From assembly GCF_014207535.1 (NCBI RefSeq), contig NZ_JACHGK010000016.1, forward strand, positions 33,069 through 65,068: a DNA stretch of 32,000 nt, read 5' to 3'. The notes under the pieces are model-generated. The model was not told where the DNA came from, searched no databases, and saw nothing but the letters and a program-made list of their open reading frames with translations. Both the position numbers and the translations under genes were made by a program. Positions within the stretch are counted from its first letter, which is position 1; every line of letters starts with the position of its first letter. The DNA comes from Bacillus benzoevorans. Its GTDB lineage: Bacteria > Bacillota > Bacilli > Bacillales > Cytobacillaceae. Positions 18,302-24,511 of the stretch are shown here, in pieces.

Positions 18302-18601
18302 ATGTTATCGCAACAAGAAATCCTAGATGTATTATCAAAAAACCTAAATACATGGAGAGAAAAATATGGTGTTAAGCGAATTGGATTATTCGGTTCGTAC
18401 AGCCGCGAAGAGCAAACTGAATGCAGCGACATTGATGTGCTAGTTGAATTTAACAGTTCGGACCTATCTTTTAATAATTATATGGACTTAAAATTTGAAC
18501 TTGAGGATCGTTTTCAGAAGCCAGTAGATTTTGTCATATTAGATGATATCAAATCTGCTTTAAAACAAAGTATTTTAAGAAGTACAAAATTTACAGAATA
18601 A
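18302..18601 (+). CDS. minimal nucleotidyltransferase (MNT/MntA-type, usual partner of a HEPN/DUF86 toxin)
   Basis: 99 aa. GLFGSYSREEQTECSDIDVLVEF is the canonical GS-x(n)-D-x-D Pol-beta-type nucleotidyltransferase signature. Confidence 0.85.
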   Translation: MLSQQEILDVLSKNLNTWREKYGVKRIGLFGSYSREEQTECSDIDVLVEFNSSDLSFNNYMDLKFELEDRFQKPVDFVILDDIKSALKQSILRSTKFTE

Positions 18602-18936
18602 GCCGAGAGTTTACTAGAAGGTATTTAATTAGCGACAGTTTTGTGAAGAAAATAATCAAAATAGAGTACACATTCATTAACACTTTGATATCATTATATT
18701 TACTTAAATCTGTCTGGATAATATGTTTAACCTCGTAATTCTTTATTTTTAATGATACCTGTCTATAATGAACAATAAATAATTTGTGATTGGGTTATTA
18801 TACGCCTGTAGCTTTTCTTATTCAATTAGAAGTATTAGACACTTCTCTCTACAGGAAGAGTTGAGAAGGAAGCACGAGACCATCCCTGCGCTTCCAGACT
18901 TTTGACATAATACCAAGATGACCTTGTATTGTTTTA

Positions 18937-19506
18937 TTAGCAAGAATAAAAATATTGATCAGCAGTACACTTTGAATTAATCATAAAGTCTTTATTGTTC
19001 AGCGCTTTTCTTATCAGTTCCTTTTTATTCGGTATATGTAGCGTTGGGACACTGTTCATAGAATCCCGAAAAGCAGGCAATTTATCCCACAAATTCTTTA
19101 TCTGTTGTTTAAAGGTTTTCGAACTGCAATTTATAATATCACTCTTATCACTATACTCTGGATAAACCACGATAACCGGTAGCCCTAATGTACCAATTCC
19201 ATAGTTTATTTCTTCCCTTAATGCTTTGCTATTTTTAGTTATTGAACTTAAAAACAAAATAATATTCTTTGAATTATTAAGCCTATCATGTAAACGGGGT
19301 TTCAAGGTCTTTTCCCAATCACTTCCATCCCTTACATTATAGTTTTTATTATGTGAGTCAATGAACGGAAAAGTGCTATCGTTAGATTTCCAAGCTTTTA
19401 ATAGATTGTAAGATACAAAATCCTTCGTGGCTGATGCGCCCAAATTACTTTCATTAAAAGGTTCACTTACATAAAACGCTGCGTAATTACCATTCCTATA
19501 AGCCAT
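18937..19506 (-). CDS. thsB: TIR-like (DUF1863-type) protein, Thoeris ThsB-like
   Basis: 189 aa. YAAFYVSEPF...FIDSH...DWEKTLKPRLHDRLNNSKNIILFLSSITKNSKALREEINYGI...LPVIVVY follows the TIR-like pattern of ThsB proteins. AAGGAG Shine-Dalgarno 8 nt upstream. The start overlaps the upstream gene by 11 nt. Confidence 0.65.
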   Translation of the reverse strand: MAYRNGNYAAFYVSEPFNESNLGASATKDFVSYNLLKAWKSNDSTFPFIDSHNKNYNVRDGSDWEKTLKPRLHDRLNNSKNIILFLSSITKNSKALREEINYGIGTLGLPVIVVYPEYSDKSDIINCSSKTFKQQIKNLWDKLPAFRDSMNSVPTLHIPNKKELIRKALNNKDFMINSKCTADQYFYSC

Positions 19507-20332
19507 TCTCTACACTCCTTAATTTATAAAAATTAATTTTATCCTTTATAGATTCGTGTATTACTATTGAAACATGAGAAGGATAGGTAAACTTGATTCT
19601 ACTTACTTTAAATGACCATATTAATAATTCTAGCAATTCTTGCTCAGATACCATATTATACTCTTTAAATCTTGTCATTCCTGAACCTAACAGTGGTATT
19701 GACACTGTACGTCCTCCATATACAATATCTACTTCATTCCAAAAGTTAATTAAGAAATTAATATAATCATTCATATATAAATAGGCTCTATCGTTATCGT
19801 CAAACTTGGTAAAAGCAGTGAGCAAGTAGTTGCCATGTTGAAAAATTGTTCCGAGCTTATACTGCTTCTTTTTGCCAACTTCTCTATCTTCATTAATAGA
19901 AGTAATTTTTTCATTTAACTTTTTATCCGTATCAATTAAATAATCAAGTTCTTGCACGGCATCTACTTGTTGTTTAATATATATACCGTTAAGAGTTCTT
20001 TCTGAAATGATCTTATTATCAACACACGTGTCAAAATACTCATTGAAAGAGATTACTTTTAATTCTTCCTCTTCAAAAATATCTCCTATCTTAACACGTA
20101 CGGTTGAATTATTGATATTTAATGTCACGTGGTTAGTAAGATTAGCTCGAATCCACATAATAAAGTAAATAATAAGTAAAAACAGAAAGACTACTATTCC
20201 CGTGATAGGCTTATATTTATTAGGAATATTAATCGCAATTAAGACAAAAGACATTAAAATACTTATTACTGATAAGACTGAAAAATAATTTTTCAATAAA
20301 TTTTTATCAAAAAAGTTCACCTTTATTTTCAT
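19496..20332 (-). CDS. thsA: two-TM plus Macro-domain protein, type II Thoeris ThsA-like
   Basis: 278 aa. Two N-terminal hydrophobic helices (VLSVISILMSFVLIAINI, ITGIVVFLFLLIIYFIMWI). These are followed by VKIGDIFEEEELKVISFNEYFDT...SIPLLGSGMTRF, which fits Macro-domain core motifs. Directly upstream of, and overlapping, the TIR-like gene. Confidence 0.6.
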   Translation of the reverse strand: MKIKVNFFDKNLLKNYFSVLSVISILMSFVLIAINIPNKYKPITGIVVFLFLLIIYFIMWIRANLTNHVTLNINNSTVRVKIGDIFEEEELKVISFNEYFDTCVDNKIISERTLNGIYIKQQVDAVQELDYLIDTDKKLNEKITSINEDREVGKKKQYKLGTIFQHGNYLLTAFTKFDDNDRAYLYMNDYINFLINFWNEVDIVYGGRTVSIPLLGSGMTRFKEYNMVSEQELLELLIWSFKVSRIKFTYPSHVSIVIHESIKDKINFYKLRSVENGL

Positions 20333-20354
20333 TTATATATCTCCAATTTAATTA

Positions 20355-20383
20355 ATCATAATAATCATATCATAAATTTCCAA
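20355..20383 (-). promoter_or_regulatory. candidate sigma-A promoter of the Thoeris pair
   Basis: On the minus strand: TTGGAA (20383-20378), 17-nt spacer, TATGAT (20360-20355), about 25 nt upstream of ATG 20332. Confidence 0.35.
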
Positions 20384-20734
20384 GTAATTTTAATAAATAG
20401 GGTAATTCAAATGATGATTATGGAATAGTTTCTTTCCTTTTTTTATAAAAAAGAAAAGCCCTGCAGATTACCTTTCAGGACCTTTCATCAAGGCTAGGCT
20501 ACACTATCCCTTTCAAAACAGTATTCAATAATCTCGCCTGATCGATTAATAAAACAGAAGTTATTTCTTTTCTTTATCTGTCTATAAAACTTTATATAAA
20601 AATGCGAGTTCAGCTTCTTCTATACCAAGTGGTAATTTCCCGTTTTCTCCCCTACAGGAACACAGTTCGTTTTTAGTTGAGATCGTTGCTTCAACTTTTC
20701 GGAAAAATATTGAAGAAGAATCCCTGATAGTATT

Positions 20735-20765
20735 AGCCCCTGCTACCATTACGGCGGCAGGGGCT
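20735..20765. terminator. GC-rich hairpin 20 nt beyond the stop of the 291-aa gene
   Basis: AGCCCCTGC (20735-20743) pairs with GCAGGGGCT (20757-20765) around a 13-nt loop. The T-run (GTTTTTGTT) is on the plus-strand side only. Confidence 0.45.
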
Positions 20766-20784
20766 GTTTTTGTTATCTTACTCG

Positions 20785-21660
20785 CTACCTTTTTTTGTTA
20801 TTAGTCGGAATATCTGTCAACGATTCTCTAAATCTTTTATCATCAATAGGCATGTATTGTTCGTTTATGATTAGCTCACTGCCCAATATTTCTGATAAAG
20901 CAATTGATTCCCACTCTTCCAATAAAGCAGGATTTTTCTCTAATATCATGTTAATGTTTCCGATAACATTGGGGTCACTTAGTCTCTCGACCATTGCTTT
21001 TCCTTCAATAAATTGGCCTGATGGATTTGCAGTATCTACGATATTTGCATGTAATATTTTCCATACCTTTCTTGCTCGAATAACAGAAAGCATGAATATA
21101 TCAAGAAGTTCCTTTTGTGCTTCTTCGCTTGTCATATTAATAGTGTACTGTTCGTAAGCATTATCAAATTCAACTGTTGCCGAAGCTGACATCGTCTTAC
21201 TTGATGTTGCATTCTCAGAACTTCGAGTTTTGCTTTGTTCATCTAATATCTGCTGTGCTTTTGTTTTTCTTGTATTGATACTGACAGTTTTTTTGTTCTT
21301 ATTCTTATTCTTTTTCTTTCTATTCTGCAACCATTGATCAAAACTTGTAATAGCTTTATCTGTCAGATATTCAGTCAGATATTCAGCTGTCTTAATTGCC
21401 AATGTTTCCGAAACATCAATAATAAACTGGCCAACCGGCGAGATATCCTTATACCTTTTAGGATCTCCACCTCTATCGTTAGTTCTAGTCAATTGAGTTT
21501 TGTCATCTATGATTTCAAGGTCATAGGCTACACCAGAATATGTACCATCACTTCGACGATAACCGCCTGCACCCAACTTATCACTGGTTATATCATTTCC
21601 TTTTTTATCTTTCTTTGGAACCTTACCAATGACTACATCATAATCCTTGTTTTCATCCAC
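20785..21660 (-). CDS. uncharacterised bipartite protein (gene B of the candidate operon)
   Basis: 291-aa ORF with GTG start at 21660 and AAGGAG 9 nt upstream. A ~110-aa N-domain (GAGGYRRSDGTYSGVAYDLEIID), a ~50-aa Lys/Asn/Ser/Thr-rich linker (NRKKKNKNKNKK...SSENATSSKT) and a ~130-aa helical C-domain. No family recognised. Confidence 0.65.
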   Translation of the reverse strand: MDENKDYDVVIGKVPKKDKKGNDITSDKLGAGGYRRSDGTYSGVAYDLEIIDDKTQLTRTNDRGGDPKRYKDISPVGQFIIDVSETLAIKTAEYLTEYLTDKAITSFDQWLQNRKKKNKNKNKKTVSINTRKTKAQQILDEQSKTRSSENATSSKTMSASATVEFDNAYEQYTINMTSEEAQKELLDIFMLSVIRARKVWKILHANIVDTANPSGQFIEGKAMVERLSDPNVIGNINMILEKNPALLEEWESIALSEILGSELIINEQYMPIDDKRFRESLTDIPTNNKKR

Positions 21661-21689
21661 TTTCCATTACTCCTTACCACTTTTCTACT

Positions 21690-22910
21690 CTAATTCCATT
21701 CAATTTCGGAACTCATCTCCGCTTCATAATAAGAACGTGCCTCATTTTCATATTCTGCTACGGCATCCAGCATTGAATCACAGCGATCTAAAAAGTTAAG
21801 CAATGAACGCATATATTCATATGCATTCTTTAAATCTAGCTTTTTATCATTAATCCTGTATTCCAAACTATAAGAGGTTGGATATCTAAAGTTGTCCCCA
21901 TTTTTATCTATATCATTTATTGCGAACAACTTCTGCTCAACGACATCTATTAATTCTGTATCCTGTCCTTGTTCATCAGCATAGTATTGTATTACTGGTT
22001 TTACATTTTTCCAAAGGTCCTTCTTTATGAGATGACTCTTCCTTTTTGAAAGGAAAACATGTTGTGGTACACCATTCTTGACCATGCTATAAAAAAGTCT
22101 CTTTAAACATAATTCTATTGCATTTCGCAGCATGAATATCAAGGGATATGTCTTTTCTTCTTTGGATAATTTATCGGTCTGGAAAATGAAGTCAGCAACT
22201 GCAATATAGCCTGTTACCTTTACATGAAAACCATCATCAGACAATCGTTGCCAAAAATAACAGTTCCCAATTCCATGAGATGCCATTATAAAGAATTGCG
22301 GTTTGAGCTTGTCATCAAACTCATCTATTGTATCAATAGCACCACACTCAATGCACTTTTTTATCAGTGCAAAAGCCTGCAGCATATTATTTGCCACATC
22401 AACATTATCAATAAACTTACCTCTATATTGAGAAAGAAAATCGTCCTCGAAAGGAAAACGAAACATATCTGACTTCGCATCCACCAATTCCAGCGATGTT
22501 AAATATGATACGATCCATTGCTTTTCTTCATCAGTTAAGTAATTCTCTGCATTGCTCTCAACGTACTTGCCCCATAGCATCGGCAAGTCATGGCAGCATT
22601 TTTCAAAAACATCCTGCATATCTCTTTTCTTGGTGTTGACCCTGCACAACAGAGCTTTTATTCCAAGTTCCATACTTTGTCTAAGCATAAATATGCCCGG
22701 TAGAAACCACATATCTGATTTTACATTATCATGCCCACTTTCAATAACATTCTTGAATATATGAAAACCACAATTATAGAATTTATATGACAGCTCTTTA
22801 TAATCCAAAAAAGGATTTAAAGACCACTTTATTTCAACTTGATATTCTGTATCTTCTATTTTCCAAAAATCCATACCAGCTGAAGGCCATAGCCATTTTC
22901 CTAAATCCAT
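21690..22910 (-). CDS. uncharacterised protein built from two duplicated helical modules (gene A of the candidate operon)
   Basis: The track ORF extends to 22967, but AAGGAGG lies 5 nt before the in-frame ATG at 22910 (MDLGKWLW...), giving 406 aa. Residues ~45-188 and ~228-380 share the same ordered motifs: FMLRQSMELGIKALL / FMLRNAIELCLKRLF, CHDLPMLW / SHLIKKDLW, SDMFRFP / GDNFRYP. Confidence 0.75.
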   Translation of the reverse strand: MDLGKWLWPSAGMDFWKIEDTEYQVEIKWSLNPFLDYKELSYKFYNCGFHIFKNVIESGHDNVKSDMWFLPGIFMLRQSMELGIKALLCRVNTKKRDMQDVFEKCCHDLPMLWGKYVESNAENYLTDEEKQWIVSYLTSLELVDAKSDMFRFPFEDDFLSQYRGKFIDNVDVANNMLQAFALIKKCIECGAIDTIDEFDDKLKPQFFIMASHGIGNCYFWQRLSDDGFHVKVTGYIAVADFIFQTDKLSKEEKTYPLIFMLRNAIELCLKRLFYSMVKNGVPQHVFLSKRKSHLIKKDLWKNVKPVIQYYADEQGQDTELIDVVEQKLFAINDIDKNGDNFRYPTSYSLEYRINDKKLDLKNAYEYMRSLLNFLDRCDSMLDAVAEYENEARSYYEAEMSSEIEWN

Positions 22911-22993
22911 GCTTACCTCCTTAACAACCATCTTGCCGCTGAAAATCTTGACAACCAATTGGCTCACACAACCTGACCGATTTTGGGTTCAAA

Positions 22994-23019
22994 GTTTCCG
23001 TGGAACTGTTTCCGTGAAC
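22994..23019. promoter_or_regulatory. tandem near-palindromic 13-mers upstream of the candidate operon
   Basis: GTTTCCGTGGAAC (22994-23006) is immediately followed by TGTTTCCGTGAAC (23007-23019), 85-110 nt upstream of ATG 22910. Each unit is close to the palindrome GTTCC-N-GGAAC. Confidence 0.3.
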
Positions 23020-23220
23020 AGAAAAACAAAGGCAGACTGGCACTTTTTTCCAATCCTATCCTGCCTGAAAATCCCTTTAATTCAAGGTCCTTTCATAATC
23101 TTATTTACCCGCTTTTGACATCAATACTATCGTCTCAACATGCGTTGAGTATATGTGACAACATAAGGAGTTAACAGATGTACTAGACTACTCATTATAT
23201 GGTTTTTATGGGCCGTATGC

Positions 23221-23447
23221 CGTTACTTATAATCGTAACTATTAATGGTATCTATTATTAGTTACGAAACAATTTTCACTCGTAAAAGTAAAATAATTTT
23301 GTAGTGAATTATACTAATAGAGACGAATAGTGGTATCTATTAATTTTATTGCCCCCACTAAGCCTGCCCAACTTTTTGGCTGAAGTAAATATCAATAAAG
23401 ACGATTAAGAGTCTCTGATAATAGTAACTAATGTTGGTCTCTATCAG
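23221..23447 (-). repeat. iteron-like repeat cluster B (same family as cluster A, opposite orientation)
   Basis: Plus-strand TGGTATCTATTAAT (23331-23344) is the exact reverse complement of the cluster A 14-mer. ATGGTATCTATT at 23245-23256 matches 12 nt. ACGAATAGT (23323-23331) is the reverse complement of ACTATTCGT. A degenerate unit sits at 23415-23447. Confidence 0.65.
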
Positions 23448-23536
23448 TTTTTTTTCCCATAATCAGCACAATCACACGAAGCAACTAATTGCAATGCTTG
23501 TGCAACATTATTAAGTATGATTTTAGCAGTAACTTT

Positions 23537-23755
23537 TTAGTCCTCTTCATAAATCGAGTAACTAAAATCAATAAATTCATCTATGTCTAATTTTTCTTCG
23601 GTTTGTTTTATTCCCCAGCCAAAACGTTGGTAATCAGTTCCTCCATCAATGAAAATGCTGCCACAGGAACACAACCTAAAATCATGTTCATGTTTCGATT
23701 CAATAACCTCATCACACTTTTTACAACGTATTTTATTTACAAGAATTCTTCGCAT
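23537..23755 (-). CDS. small zinc-binding protein
   Basis: 72 aa with CKKC...CSC Cys pairs (IRCKKCDEVIESKHEHDFRLCSCGSIFIDGG). Confidence 0.55.
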   Translation of the reverse strand: MRRILVNKIRCKKCDEVIESKHEHDFRLCSCGSIFIDGGTDYQRFGWGIKQTEEKLDIDEFIDFSYSIYEED

Positions 23756-23864
23756 AAAATCACCTACTGTGTCATGGCTATTAAAAAGGTTAATTTTTCC
23801 AATTTACCACAATCTCTATAAATTTCAATATATCTACGTCGATCAAACATTTAAAGAAATAATA

Positions 23865-23901
23865 GTATTAATAGCTATCTCCGGTATTAATAGCTAATCT
23901 C
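23865..23901. repeat. two adjacent ~18-nt direct repeats upstream of the zinc-binding gene
   Basis: GTATTAATAGCTATCTCC (23865-23882) and GGTATTAATAGCTAATCTC (23883-23901). Both contain the ATTAATAG core of the cluster A/B family. Confidence 0.45.
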
Positions 23902-24009
23902 TGTTGGTTAAGTTCATACAGTTTATGTTCTCTGTAGCTTATAAAAACCTTTTGTTATCTTCCCAGAAATCATAACAAACTCCCTATTTTTACACACAGT
24001 TTCATATGT

Positions 24010-24041
24010 TTAATTGGGTATGTTTAGGTATACCCAATTAA
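24010..24041. repeat. perfect 12-bp inverted repeat
   Basis: TTAATTGGGTAT (24010-24021), 8-nt loop, ATACCCAATTAA (24030-24041). No T-run follows. It lies in the 510-bp gap beyond the end of the BREX-side genes. Confidence 0.45.
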
Positions 24042-24267
24042 GTGTATGAACGACTTCATATATCTGAAGGGATACAACCATTGATATTACTGCATTTTCC
24101 GCTATCAATCAGGACCCTTTTTCGCCGACTAATATATCTCAGGAAGTCCAATGTTACCCCAAAAAAGTGCAGATAATTCCGGGGTAACCTAGAGGATCAT
24201 TTGCTGTTATTTCAAGAAAGATTTTATCTCATACCACATGCATCTCTACAAAGCATTAAATAATTAT

Positions 24268-24435
24268 TTATTGATCATTTGATTCAAACTTTGCGAGTAT
24301 TTCCAGTACCTCTTCTTGGGATATTTTTAAATCAGATGATATTTCATTAACTGACTTACCAGCCAGATGGAGCTTAATAACGTTTATTGCAGTATTTCGA
24401 GCCTTTATTAAACTTTGCTCAATGCCACTAATCAT
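24268..24435 (-). CDS. small HTH protein downstream of the BREX helicase
   Basis: The track ORF starts at 24453, but GAAGGAGG lies 8 nt before the in-frame ATG at 24435 (MISGIEQSL...), giving 55 aa. LAGKSVNEISSDLKISQEEVLEIL looks like a sigma-70 region-4/LuxR-type HTH. Confidence 0.55.
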   Translation of the reverse strand: MISGIEQSLIKARNTAINVIKLHLAGKSVNEISSDLKISQEEVLEILAKFESNDQ

Positions 24436-24511
24436 GAAATAATCCTCCTTCAATTACCACAAACTATTGGAAACAAAGAAGCTTTTTTATATCAAATGAC
24501 TTTCTCCCTAA

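Noticed and set aside
21290-21325. Lys/Asn-coding AAGAAT/AAGAAC run in gene B as a phase-variation microsatellite
   Set aside because: There are only about three imperfect hexamer copies and the unit length is a multiple of three. Slippage would not switch the frame.
21690-22967. Calling gene A a HEPN RNase, and using the long 425-aa start
   Set aside because: The conserved Arg and His of each module are about 30 residues apart, not the canonical Rx4-6H. The only Rx6H (RLSDDGFH, residues 222-229) lies in the inter-module linker and is not duplicated. HEPN therefore stays a hypothesis only. The upstream ATG at 22967 has no Shine-Dalgarno, whereas ATG 22910 has AAGGAGG.
23165-23186. Perfect AAGGAG, 7 nt, ATG followed by TAC TAG, just left of repeat cluster B, as the truncated 5' end of a gene cut by an insertion
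   Set aside because: Two codons are too little evidence. It could be chance in AT-rich DNA. It would matter only if comparative data show an insertion boundary here.
18217-23897. Track ORFs 18217-18432(-), 20795-21157(+), 21334-21693(+), 22224-22472(+), 22552-22764(+), 22909-23118(+), 22983-23174(+), 23603-23821(+) and 23649-23897(+)
   Set aside because: They are antisense shadows of the MNT gene, the two candidate-operon genes and the zinc-binding gene, or they run through promoter and repeat DNA. Compositions are Ile/Leu/Phe/Ser-rich and typical of AT-rich antisense frames.
1-24267. Calling the left 24 kb a defined ICE, PICI, prophage or plasmid
   Set aside because: The regulation and replication genes are mobile-element-like. 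However, the window shows no integrase, relaxase, packaging or structural genes and no att duplication, so neither the element type nor its boundaries can be supported.
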